A DNA stretch of 64,000 nt, from contig CALBQR010000034.1 of NCBI GenBank assembly GCA_937899895.1, forward strand, positions 2,514 through 66,513, in the 5' to 3' direction. Below, piece by piece: positions 9,721-18,239 of this stretch (position 1 is the first letter of the stretch; every line of letters starts with the position of its first letter). Below the pieces are notes generated by a model. The model had not been told where the DNA came from. It worked only from the letters and a program-made list of their open reading frames with translations, and did not search any database. This stretch comes from an uncultured Alistipes sp. (lineage in GTDB: Bacteria; Bacteroidota; Bacteroidia; Bacteroidales; Rikenellaceae). The translations under genes were made by a program, and so were the position numbers.

Positions 9721-11076
9721 TTACTCCTTTACGCAACGAACCTGGAAACCGCCTGCGCGATAGTTCGGTTGTGCGGGAACAACATTGTTCAAATTGAAAT
9801 AGAGCGACGAAGCCTTGCCGTCTGTCGTTGCGTTTGCGCTCCAATAGTAACCTGTCCAGAGTGTACCGTCGTGATTTACATTGGTAAGCGTGCCCTTTGA
9901 GAAACTACGGCGACCGGCAGCGGGATACAACGTTGCGCCATCGCTAACGCGGAAATACCAACCACTATTAAATTCACCATCAGTCAAGTTGGCAAAATCG
10001 TTCCAAACACTCTTCGAGGGAACTTTCCAACCTGCCGGGCAGGGGTCATACATTGTCTTGGTGTTACCCCAGAGTGATGAGTCGTGGTTCTTGTACAACC
10101 AATCGTAACCGCTCGTCTCGTTACCTCTGATAATCTGTGTGGGATACTTCGTAGTATAAGCAATAGTGCCGGTCTCCTCGTCGCACTCCATTGTTACGAA
10201 TGCAACGTTGCTGTTCAGCGAGTTGTAAGTCGAAGCATTCGATGTCGAAGTTGCATTCTTGCTCATAATCAGCGGATCCTTACGACCCCACTGATAGAAC
10301 AGACCATACGCCTCGTAAATATCTTCGCTGCCAACTCCCTTTGCGCCAAGGTTGCGATCCATCATAACGCTACCATCGGTATTTGTAACATTGTCGATTT
10401 CGGGATTGTAGTCTGTCAGCCATAAGTGCCAGCTCCACAGCGTGTTGTCATCAGCATCCTTTACTGCAACAAGGGCGTTGCCTTCATTGATCTTGGTGGC
10501 ATCATCTGCGTCGGCGGTAGTTACGAATGAAATATGATCGCCGTCAAGCATAACCGTTCCGAGCAGGTTTTTACTTGTCTGCCATACCAAGACTGCCGAT
10601 GCGGGAGTGCCGTCGATCTTCTGCGAGGTGTTGCCTTTGACCGTTGCCTTAATCTTGTAACGTGTGTTAGGCTCGCTGATGATGTAGCTATTGGCATTGG
10701 TTGCTATGGTCGTAGCAGGCAAAAGCTCTACTTTGAGCTGGGCCGATACGGTGCGCTCCTTGCGATGAACCGAGATCTTTACCACGCCGCTGGTCGCACC
10801 ACCCGATTTGGGGGCTGTTACGTTCAGCTTGGTCTTTGATTCGAGTTGCGCAGTCCAGCCATCGGGTACCTGCTCAATCTCGTAAGAGCGTTCCTTCTCC
10901 ATCTTTACGGTGAAGCTATGGGTCTGCCCGTAATCGAAATAGGCAGTAACAGGCGCGTCAGGAAGCGTTACACGCAGTTTGTCGTCCTCGTTTTCATTGT
11001 TGCACGAAGTGAATACCAATGCTACGGCAACAAGCATCGTGCATAAAGCGATGAAAGAGTTTTTGAATATTGTCAT
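9721..11076 (-). CDS. Surface lipoprotein with C-terminal FISUMP/C-type-lectin-like domain
   Basis: Lipobox FTSC; MDRNLGA, YGLFYQWGRKDP, YDPCPAGWKVP, YPAAGRR, GYYWS and terminal VRCVKE motifs. Confidence 0.8.
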   Translation of the reverse strand: MTIFKNSFIALCTMLVAVALVFTSCNNENEDDKLRVTLPDAPVTAYFDYGQTHSFTVKMEKERSYEIEQVPDGWTAQLESKTKLNVTAPKSGGATSGVVKISVHRKERTVSAQLKVELLPATTIATNANSYIISEPNTRYKIKATVKGNTSQKIDGTPASAVLVWQTSKNLLGTVMLDGDHISFVTTADADDATKINEGNALVAVKDADDNTLWSWHLWLTDYNPEIDNVTNTDGSVMMDRNLGAKGVGSEDIYEAYGLFYQWGRKDPLIMSKNATSTSNASTYNSLNSNVAFVTMECDEETGTIAYTTKYPTQIIRGNETSGYDWLYKNHDSSLWGNTKTMYDPCPAGWKVPSKSVWNDFANLTDGEFNSGWYFRVSDGATLYPAAGRRSFSKGTLTNVNHDGTLWTGYYWSANATTDGKASSLYFNLNNVVPAQPNYRAGGFQVRCVKE

Positions 11077-11288
11077 CTTGTGCTAATTGTTTTCAAAATT
11101 TCGGGCAAAGTTACCAAAATACCTTTTAATTCCCAACCGAATGGGTGCATATTTCGCGCTAAATTAGAAATTAATTAACTAATATCTGCTCTAAAACGTA
11201 CGATAACGGTATTTTAGTATCTGTGATGTGAATAAAATGTCTACAAAAAGAGTGGAAAGTATAATTTGCTACGTGATGTGAATGTGGG

Positions 11289-11398
11289 AAAAAATAAGCA
11301 GTGATTTTGGACTTACGGGCTCACGGCACCGACCATAATCACTGCTATATTTTGAGGATTATCCCCCGAGTATTTAGAACTCCGGGCCCGAACCCTCG
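11289..11398 (-). ncRNA. Candidate structured small RNA (family unknown)
   Basis: Consensus promoter immediately upstream, two predicted stem-loops, a terminal T-run and no ORF. See findings. Confidence 0.55.
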
Positions 11399-11401
11399 TT
11401 G

Positions 11402-11433
11402 CAAAAGTAGTAACTAAAATCTAAAACTCCAAA
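11402..11433 (-). promoter_or_regulatory. Sigma-A promoter driving the candidate sRNA
   Basis: Minus strand TTTG-N20-TACTTTTG, an exact -33/-7 consensus. Confidence 0.75.
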
Positions 11434-11470
11434 TAGTTGGATAAAAAAATAGATATTGAGTTCGTTTTTG

Positions 11471-12718
11471 CTATTTTACAATCAACTGCTTCAAATCCTC
11501 GAAGAACGAAGGGTACGATTTGGCAACGCACTCTGCTCCCTCGATAGTGATCGGCTCGTCGGCTGTCAGGGCGGCAATTGCCATCGACATCGCTATTCGA
11601 TGATCGCCGTGGCTGTCGGTTGTGCAGCCGTGAATCTGTCCGCCGCGAATACGCATAATATTCTCTTCGTCAATATCGACTTCGATTCCCGCTTTGGCAT
11701 ATTCCTCGGCCAATGTGGCGGCGCGATTACTCTCTTTATGTAGCAGTCGTTCAGTGCCGTAAATTGTAGATACGCCTTCGCAGTTCGCTGCCAATGCAAC
11801 CAATGCGGGGAATAGATCAGGACAATGTGTTGCATCAAACTCGAATGTTCTTAACTTGCGGCGGCGCACAGTAACCGAGTTATCGGTTGATTCCACCTCG
11901 GCTCCTGCACTAATAAGGGCTTTAATTATTGCCGTATCGGCCTGCAACGAAAGACGGCTCATATTCTCTACGGTAACCTCGCCCGCAACGGCACCTGCAA
12001 CCAGCATAGGAGCTGCGCCACTCCAATCACCTTCGATCATAAAGTTTGTGCCGCGATATTTTTGTCCTCCCTCAATAAAGAATTCACGATAATCCTTATG
12101 GGCAATTTCGACTCCAAAACGACGAGCCGTTTCGATGGTCATATCGACGTAAGGCAGGCTGTTGAGATTATTTACATAAATCGTTGTATCTGATTGAGCC
12201 ATAGGTAATGACAGCAGTAGGCCCGTTAAGAATTGCGAGCTTATTGATCCGTCAATTTCAACATTTCCGCCACGCATCGGACCGCATACCTGAATCGGGA
12301 GAAATCCTCCACCGTCGCGCACGCTTACGCCTAATTGACGCAACGGCTCAATCATCATTGATATTGGTCGGTAGAGAATTGTGCCCTCGCCGTTAATCGT
12401 AATCGGTCGGTCGCAAAGTGATGCTATCGGGGTGAATAGTCGTGTCGAAAGTCCCGATTCGCCGATGTGGAGATTGTCGGTGTTCGGATTGAAACCTCCG
12501 CGAACTTTGAGGGTGGATTTGTCAATCTGTTCAACCTCTGCGCCAAGAGCTTCGATGCAGCGTAAGGCCGAGCGCGTATCATCGCACATTTCGACATTGC
12601 CGATGAGCGATTCTCCTTCGGCAAGCAGTGCTACGGCAAGAGCTCGCTGGGCATAGCTCTTCGAGCAAGGAGGCGTAACACGGCCACTTAAAGCGGATGG
12701 TGATATGATGCGCTTCAT
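11471..12718 (-). CDS. aroA: 3-phosphoshikimate 1-carboxyvinyltransferase
   Basis: SKSYAQRAL, GESGLSTR, SSQFLTGLL, HKESNR, DHRIAM, KSYPSFF. Confidence 0.96.
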   Translation of the reverse strand: MKRIISPSALSGRVTPPCSKSYAQRALAVALLAEGESLIGNVEMCDDTRSALRCIEALGAEVEQIDKSTLKVRGGFNPNTDNLHIGESGLSTRLFTPIASLCDRPITINGEGTILYRPISMMIEPLRQLGVSVRDGGGFLPIQVCGPMRGGNVEIDGSISSQFLTGLLLSLPMAQSDTTIYVNNLNSLPYVDMTIETARRFGVEIAHKDYREFFIEGGQKYRGTNFMIEGDWSGAAPMLVAGAVAGEVTVENMSRLSLQADTAIIKALISAGAEVESTDNSVTVRRRKLRTFEFDATHCPDLFPALVALAANCEGVSTIYGTERLLHKESNRAATLAEEYAKAGIEVDIDEENIMRIRGGQIHGCTTDSHGDHRIAMSMAIAALTADEPITIEGAECVAKSYPSFFEDLKQLIVK

Positions 12719-13456
12719 TTATCTCAACTTGAAGTCTTTACCTAAATATACTTTTCGTACCTGTTCGTCGTTTGCAAGGTCTTCGGCCGAGCCGGCTTTC
12801 AGAATTTTGCCCTCGAAAAGCAGATAGGTTCGATCGGTAATCGAGAGGGTCTCGTGTACGTTGTGGTCGGTGATAATTACACCGATATTTTTATTTTTCA
12901 GTGTGCTTACAATGCTCTGAATATCCTCTACCGCGATAGGATCGACGCCTGCAAATGGCTCATCGAGAAGGATGAATTTGGGATTGATCGCAACGGCGCG
13001 CGCAATCTCCGTGCGGCGTCGCTCGCCACCTGAAAGCTGAATACCGAGACTCTTGCGAACCTTTTGCAATCGGAACTCCTCAATCAAATTCTCGGTACGT
13101 TCGCGCTGGTACTCTTTCGAGTAGTCGGTCATTTCAAGCACCGAGCGAATGTTGTCCTCGACGCTCAATTTGCGGAATACCGAAGCCTCTTGTGCCAAAT
13201 AGCCGACACCTAATTGTGCGCGTTTATATACCGGCAACGATGTCAAGTCGGTAACATTGTTCTGATCATCTTCGAGAAAGATTTTTCCCTCGTTGGGCTT
13301 AATCAGTCCTACGATCATATAAAAAGAGGTAGTTTTGCCTGCGCCGTTCGGGCCGAGCAAACCGACGATTTCGCCCTGCTTTACGTCAATCGAAACGTGA
13401 TCTACAACGGTGCGGGCCTTATACCTCTTTACCAGGTCTTGTGTGAAAAGTCTCAT
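12719..13456 (-). CDS. lptB: LPS export ABC transporter ATPase LptB
   Basis: [50 protein letters not shown]. Confidence 0.96.
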   Translation of the reverse strand: MRLFTQDLVKRYKARTVVDHVSIDVKQGEIVGLLGPNGAGKTTSFYMIVGLIKPNEGKIFLEDDQNNVTDLTSLPVYKRAQLGVGYLAQEASVFRKLSVEDNIRSVLEMTDYSKEYQRERTENLIEEFRLQKVRKSLGIQLSGGERRRTEIARAVAINPKFILLDEPFAGVDPIAVEDIQSIVSTLKNKNIGVIITDHNVHETLSITDRTYLLFEGKILKAGSAEDLANDEQVRKVYLGKDFKLR

Positions 13457-13543
13457 TATTCGTGAAAATTTTCCACAAAGTTATGGATTTTTCCGAAAAA
13501 AGTATTATCTTTATCTCAAATTTGATCTTCAATAAACGTATCT

Positions 13544-15736
13544 ATGGCCGACGATTTACATAACCTATTGCACGATAAGCTGAAAGAGTATTTCGGCTTT
13601 AATTCGTTCAAGGGCTATCAGGAATCTGTTATTAAGAATGTGCTCGAAGGTAAGGATACCTTTGTGCTGATGCCGACGGGTGGTGGCAAATCGCTTTGCT
13701 ACCAGCTTCCGGCTATGATTATGGATGGTGTGGCGATTATTATTTCGCCGCTGATCGCATTGATGAAAAATCAGGTTGACTCGATGCGAACGTTCGCAGC
13801 CGAAACGGGTGTGGCCCATTTCTTAAATTCATCGCTGAATAAGACGGCGGTCAATCAAGTGCGAGCCGACGTGCTTGCGGGAAAGACCAAGTTGCTCTAT
13901 TTTGCTCCCGAATCACTCACCAAAGAGGATAATGTCGAGTTCTTGCGTAAGATCAAAATTTCGTTCTACGCAATTGATGAAGCGCATTGTATTTCGGAGT
14001 GGGGCCACGATTTCCGCCCTGAGTATCGTCGTATCCGACCTATCATCAATGATATCGGTCAGGCTCCGCTGATCGCTTTGACGGCTACTGCTACTCCGAA
14101 GGTGCAGATGGACATTCAGAAGAACCTCGGTATGCAGGATGCTACGGTATTTAAGTCGTCGTTCAATCGTTCGAATCTTTACTATGAGATTCGTCCCAAG
14201 CGTGATGCGTCGAAGGAGATCATTAAATTCATTAAGCAGAATGATGGTAAGTCGGGCATTATCTACTGTTTGAGCCGAAAGAAGGTCGAAGAGTTGGCTG
14301 AATTGTTGGTTGCAAACGGTATTAAGGCTCTGCCCTATCACGCAGGTATGGATGCCGCTACGCGTGCCAATAATCAGGATGCTTTCCTGCACGAAGAGGT
14401 CGATGTCATTGTGGCTACGATCGCTTTCGGTATGGGTATCGATAAACCCGATGTTCGCTATGTGATCCATTACGATATTCCGAAGAGTCTTGAAGGCTAC
14501 TATCAGGAGACGGGTCGTGCAGGTCGTGATGGCGGTGAGGGTCGTTGTATCGCCTTTTATAGTTATAAGGATATTCAGAAACTTGAAAAGTTTATGCAGG
14601 GTAAACCTGTGGCCGAGCAGGAGATTGGTAAGTTGCTGTTGCAAGAGACCGTTTCATATACCGAGAGCTCGATTTGTCGCCGTAAGACTCTGTTGCACTA
14701 TTTCGGAGAGGAATATACCGAGGATAATTGCGGCAATTGCGACAACTGTCTGCATCCTCGTCCGCAGAAGGATGCCAAGTCGGCTACGCAGTTGATGCTC
14801 AAAACATTGGCATTTATCGGCGATAAATTCAAGTCGGACTATCTGATCAATGTGCTTGTGGGTAAAGTTACGGCTCTGAATAAGAGCTATGGCCACAATA
14901 CCTGCGAGTGGTTTGGTGCAGGTGCCGATTACGATTCGAAGTTCTGGGGTGCCGTAATTCGTCAGGCGCATATTTTAGGTCTGATCGATAAGAATATCGA
15001 GAACTATGGTCTGCAATCGATTAACGATAAGGGTCGTTCGTATATCAATCTGCCCTTCCCGATTATGATTACGCTCGATCACGACTACGATGTCGAGGAG
15101 AAAGAGACCGACGCGGCAGTTCCGCAGGGTCGAGGAGGCGTAGCGGATGAGGAGCTATTCTCGATGTTGAAAGATCTGCGCAAGAAGGTGGCAAAGAAAC
15201 ATAGCCTGCCTCCGTTTGTAATCTTCCAGGATCCTTCGCTCGAAGATATGTCTATTCAGTATCCCATCACCATCGAGGAGATGCAGAATATCACGGGCGT
15301 CGGTGTGGGTAAGGCTCGTAAATTCGGCTCGGAGTTCGTTAAGCTGATCAAGCAGTATGTCGAGGAGAAGGAGATTATTCGCCCGCAGGATATGGTCGTT
15401 AAGAGTGTCGGCAATAAGAGTGGCAATAAGATCTTCATCATTCAGTCGATTGACCGTAAGATGGATTTCGAGGATATCGCTCGTGCCAAAGATTTGGACT
15501 TTGACGAACTGCTGACCGAGATCGAGGGTATTGTCAATTCGGGTACTCGCCTTGATATCAAATATTATATTGATAGCAATATTGACGAGGATAAGGTTGA
15601 GGATATCTACCTCTATTTCAAGGAGGATGCTGAAAGCGATTCGCTGGATGAGGCTATCGAGGAGTTGGGCTCGGACTATACCGAGGAGGAGATTCGATTG
15701 GTTCGTATCAAGTTTATGTGTGAGCAGGGCAATTAA
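13544..15736 (+). CDS. recQ: ATP-dependent DNA helicase RecQ
   Basis: MPTGGGKSLCYQLP, DEAHCISEWGHDFRP, QETGRAGRDG, Zn-binding CRR/CGNCDNC, RQC and HRDC domains. Confidence 0.96.
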   Translation: MADDLHNLLHDKLKEYFGFNSFKGYQESVIKNVLEGKDTFVLMPTGGGKSLCYQLPAMIMDGVAIIISPLIALMKNQVDSMRTFAAETGVAHFLNSSLNKTAVNQVRADVLAGKTKLLYFAPESLTKEDNVEFLRKIKISFYAIDEAHCISEWGHDFRPEYRRIRPIINDIGQAPLIALTATATPKVQMDIQKNLGMQDATVFKSSFNRSNLYYEIRPKRDASKEIIKFIKQNDGKSGIIYCLSRKKVEELAELLVANGIKALPYHAGMDAATRANNQDAFLHEEVDVIVATIAFGMGIDKPDVRYVIHYDIPKSLEGYYQETGRAGRDGGEGRCIAFYSYKDIQKLEKFMQGKPVAEQEIGKLLLQETVSYTESSICRRKTLLHYFGEEYTEDNCGNCDNCLHPRPQKDAKSATQLMLKTLAFIGDKFKSDYLINVLVGKVTALNKSYGHNTCEWFGAGADYDSKFWGAVIRQAHILGLIDKNIENYGLQSINDKGRSYINLPFPIMITLDHDYDVEEKETDAAVPQGRGGVADEELFSMLKDLRKKVAKKHSLPPFVIFQDPSLEDMSIQYPITIEEMQNITGVGVGKARKFGSEFVKLIKQYVEEKEIIRPQDMVVKSVGNKSGNKIFIIQSIDRKMDFEDIARAKDLDFDELLTEIEGIVNSGTRLDIKYYIDSNIDEDKVEDIYLYFKEDAESDSLDEAIEELGSDYTEEEIRLVRIKFMCEQGN

Positions 15737-15758
15737 TCGAACTTCAATATAGTATATT

Positions 15759-16547
15759 ATGACCGAAGTACGCGCGAAAAAGGCTCTTGGACAGCACTTC
15801 CTGACCGATCTTAATATAGCTCGCAAAATCTGTTACTCGATGTCGGGTGGCGCGGCTGATGCTCCGGCAACGGTGTTGGAGGTCGGCTGTGGTATGGGTG
15901 TGCTGACGCAATTTCTATTGCAGAGAGAGGATATTGTTACCTATGGTGCAGAGATTGATAGCGAAAGTGTGGTCTATCTCAATGAGCACTACCCCGCTTT
16001 TACGCCGCGATTGATCGAGGGCGATTTTCTGCAAATGGACCTCCGCACGATGTTCCCCGATGGTGTGCGCGTGATCGGCAATTTTCCGTATAATATTTCA
16101 TCACAGATATTCTTCAAAGTGATTGAAAATCGCGATCTTGTGCCTGAATGTGTAGGTATGATTCAGCGCGAGGTAGCAGTGCGTTTGGCCGAGCCCCCAG
16201 GCTCGAAGGAGTATGGCATTCTGAGTGTTCTGCTGCAAGCGTGGTATGATATCGAGTATCTGTTTACGGTCGGTGAGCAGGTGTTTAATCCACCTCCAAA
16301 GGTTAAGAGTGCGGTGATACGTCTGGTACGCAACCAAACCACAAAACTCGACTGCGATGAGCAACTTTTTGTGAAGGTTGTAAAAGCTTCGTTTGGTCAG
16401 CGTCGTAAGATGTTGCGCAACTCGTTGAAATCGGTCTTTGGTGATTTCGGAGGTGCTGAACATCGTTTCTTTACTCAACGTGCCGAGCAATTGTCGGTGG
16501 CCGATTTTGTCGAACTGACTCAATGGGTTGCCGAGAATCGTCGCTAA
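15759..16547 (+). CDS. rsmA: 16S rRNA m6,2A dimethyltransferase RsmA/KsgA
   Basis: KKALGQHFL, EVGCGMG, GNFPYNIS, FNPPPKVKS, FGQRRKMLRNSL. Confidence 0.96.
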   Translation: MTEVRAKKALGQHFLTDLNIARKICYSMSGGAADAPATVLEVGCGMGVLTQFLLQREDIVTYGAEIDSESVVYLNEHYPAFTPRLIEGDFLQMDLRTMFPDGVRVIGNFPYNISSQIFFKVIENRDLVPECVGMIQREVAVRLAEPPGSKEYGILSVLLQAWYDIEYLFTVGEQVFNPPPKVKSAVIRLVRNQTTKLDCDEQLFVKVVKASFGQRRKMLRNSLKSVFGDFGGAEHRFFTQRAEQLSVADFVELTQWVAENRR

Positions 16548-16557
16548 TTGACAACCA

Positions 16558-16607
16558 AAATACCTACATATCGGTATTTGCCGACGTGCGAAAAGTCGCT
16601 AATTTTG
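16558..16607 (+). promoter_or_regulatory. Promoter of the hemerythrin/LuxR operon with an abutting palindromic operator
   Basis: AAATACC-N8-GGTATTT inverted repeat runs into TTTG-N19-TAATTTTG. Confidence 0.6.
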
Positions 16608-16634
16608 CAGATATCTATAAGGCGTAAATCAACT

Positions 16635-17333
16635 ATGGTATATAAATTAGGTAAATATAAACCATCAGACAAGATGAGCGATTTGGTGTGCGAGAATTAT
16701 TCCACACTGCTTGTAATGAGCCGTTTCGGTATCGCTCTGGGGTTTGGTGATCGCTCAATTGGCGAGGTTTGTAAAGAGGCGGGAGTCGATACTGCCACCT
16801 TCCTCGCTGTTGTCAATATGATGCTCGATGAGGAGCCTCTGGATGCGGATCAATATTCCGAAATCTCGGTCGAGGCATTTATGCAATATCTCCACAACTC
16901 ACACGATTACTATCTTGAATATCGTCTGCCTGCCATTCGTGCGAAACTTGTTGCTGCGCTTGACAAAGGTAGCGATGTATCGGTTGTGATTGAGCGTTTC
17001 TTCGATGAGTATGCGGCGGAGGTGCGCAAACATATGAATTACGAGGAGAGCACTCTGCTACCCTATATCAGATCGCTGATTGCAGGTGAAACCCATTCGG
17101 ATTATAATGTCGATACGTTTGAGCGTCAGCACGATGATGTCGAGCAGAAGATGACCGATCTGAAAAATATTTTGATCAAATATTACCGTGCCGACGACCA
17201 TAACGAGCTGAATGTTGTGCTGTTCGATATCTTCTCAATCGAGCGCGATTTGGCATCGCACAATTTTGTGGAGAACAATCTTCTGGTGCCGATTGTTAAG
17301 CAGTTGGAACGTAAAATCGAGGCTGCAAAATGA
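16635..17333 (+). CDS. Hemerythrin (HHE) domain protein, RIC/ScdA-like
   Basis: N-terminal RFGIALGFG..SIGEVC domain; H/E metal ligands SHDYY, KHMNYEE, QHDDVE, SHNFVEN. Start at ATG 16635. Confidence 0.85.
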   Translation: MVYKLGKYKPSDKMSDLVCENYSTLLVMSRFGIALGFGDRSIGEVCKEAGVDTATFLAVVNMMLDEEPLDADQYSEISVEAFMQYLHNSHDYYLEYRLPAIRAKLVAALDKGSDVSVVIERFFDEYAAEVRKHMNYEESTLLPYIRSLIAGETHSDYNVDTFERQHDDVEQKMTDLKNILIKYYRADDHNELNVVLFDIFSIERDLASHNFVENNLLVPIVKQLERKIEAAK

Positions 17334-17944
17334 GTATGTCAATCAAAATAGCAGTTGCCGAGCCGTCGCTGATAATTCGTAGTGGCTTGCTGGCCGTGCT
17401 CAAACGCCTTTCGGCTCTCTCGATCCAGGTGGTTGAGATAGTCGATTTTGCAACTTTGACCGATACTTTGCGCGATGAGGAACCTGATATTCTTGTGGTT
17501 AATCCTGCTATGCTCGGAGTGTTCTCGTTGCAGCAGATTCGTGCCGATCAACAATTTGCGTCGTTACGTTGTGTGGCCTTGCTCAATCAACTTGCCGATG
17601 AACGATTGATTAATGGTTACGATGCGACCATATCGTTGTGCGATTCGGCCGAAATGATTAAGGAGAAACTGCTTGAAGTGGTGGCAATTGAGAACGATAC
17701 GACTGACCGCGAACAGCTGAGTACCCGCGAAAGAGAAATTATTGTCTGCGTGGTTAAGGGAATGACTAACAAACAGATAGCCGAACAACTGTTCATCTCG
17801 ACACATACGGTCATTACCCACCGTCGTAATATCGCGTCGAAATTGCAAATCCATTCGCCTGCCGGTTTGACGATCTATGCAATTGTGAATAAATTGGTCG
17901 AACTTGATCAAATTAAAGCCTCAGTTTTGGGAGGCGCGGAATAA
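17330..17944 (+). CDS. LuxR/NarL-family transcriptional regulator with atypical receiver domain
   Basis: C-terminal LSTREREII..GMTNKQIAEQLFISTHTVITHRRNI HTH; ATGA overlap with the hemerythrin gene. Confidence 0.9.
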   Translation: MSMSIKIAVAEPSLIIRSGLLAVLKRLSALSIQVVEIVDFATLTDTLRDEEPDILVVNPAMLGVFSLQQIRADQQFASLRCVALLNQLADERLINGYDATISLCDSAEMIKEKLLEVVAIENDTTDREQLSTREREIIVCVVKGMTNKQIAEQLFISTHTVITHRRNIASKLQIHSPAGLTIYAIVNKLVELDQIKASVLGGAE

Positions 17945-17962
17945 CGCATGTGGCAGATGTAT

Positions 17963-18007
17963 AAAACAAATGTTCGCATTCCCTTGTGGTATGCGAACAT
18001 TTGTTTT
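17963..18007. terminator. Bidirectional terminator between the LuxR gene and tRNA-Leu
   Basis: Perfect inverted repeat AAAACAAATGTTCGCAT / ATGCGAACATTTGTTTT. Confidence 0.85.
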
Positions 18008-18009
18008 GT

Positions 18010-18098
18010 TGGTACTCGGAGCGGGAATCGAACCCGCACGGCCGTTGCTGGCCACAGGATTTTAAGTCCGGCGTGTCTACCTATTCCACCATCCGAGC
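18010..18098 (-). tRNA. tRNA-Leu (anticodon TAA), CCA encoded
   Basis: Reverse complement GCTCGGATGGTGGAATAGGTAGACACGCCGGACTTAAAATCCTGTGGCCAGCAACGGCCGTGCGGGTTCGATTCCCGCTCCGAGTACCA folds as a cloverleaf with a long variable arm. Confidence 0.96.
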
Positions 18099-18239
18099 AA
18101 CCCTCTATTGTGCATTATTGCGAGTGCAAAAGTATCAATTTTATTTTGAAAATGCAAACTATTGTATTATTTGCTTCGTTATCATTGCCTTTGTTGAAAA
18201 TAATTGTTAATATTGCACCAAATATAACTCAAATTAGCT

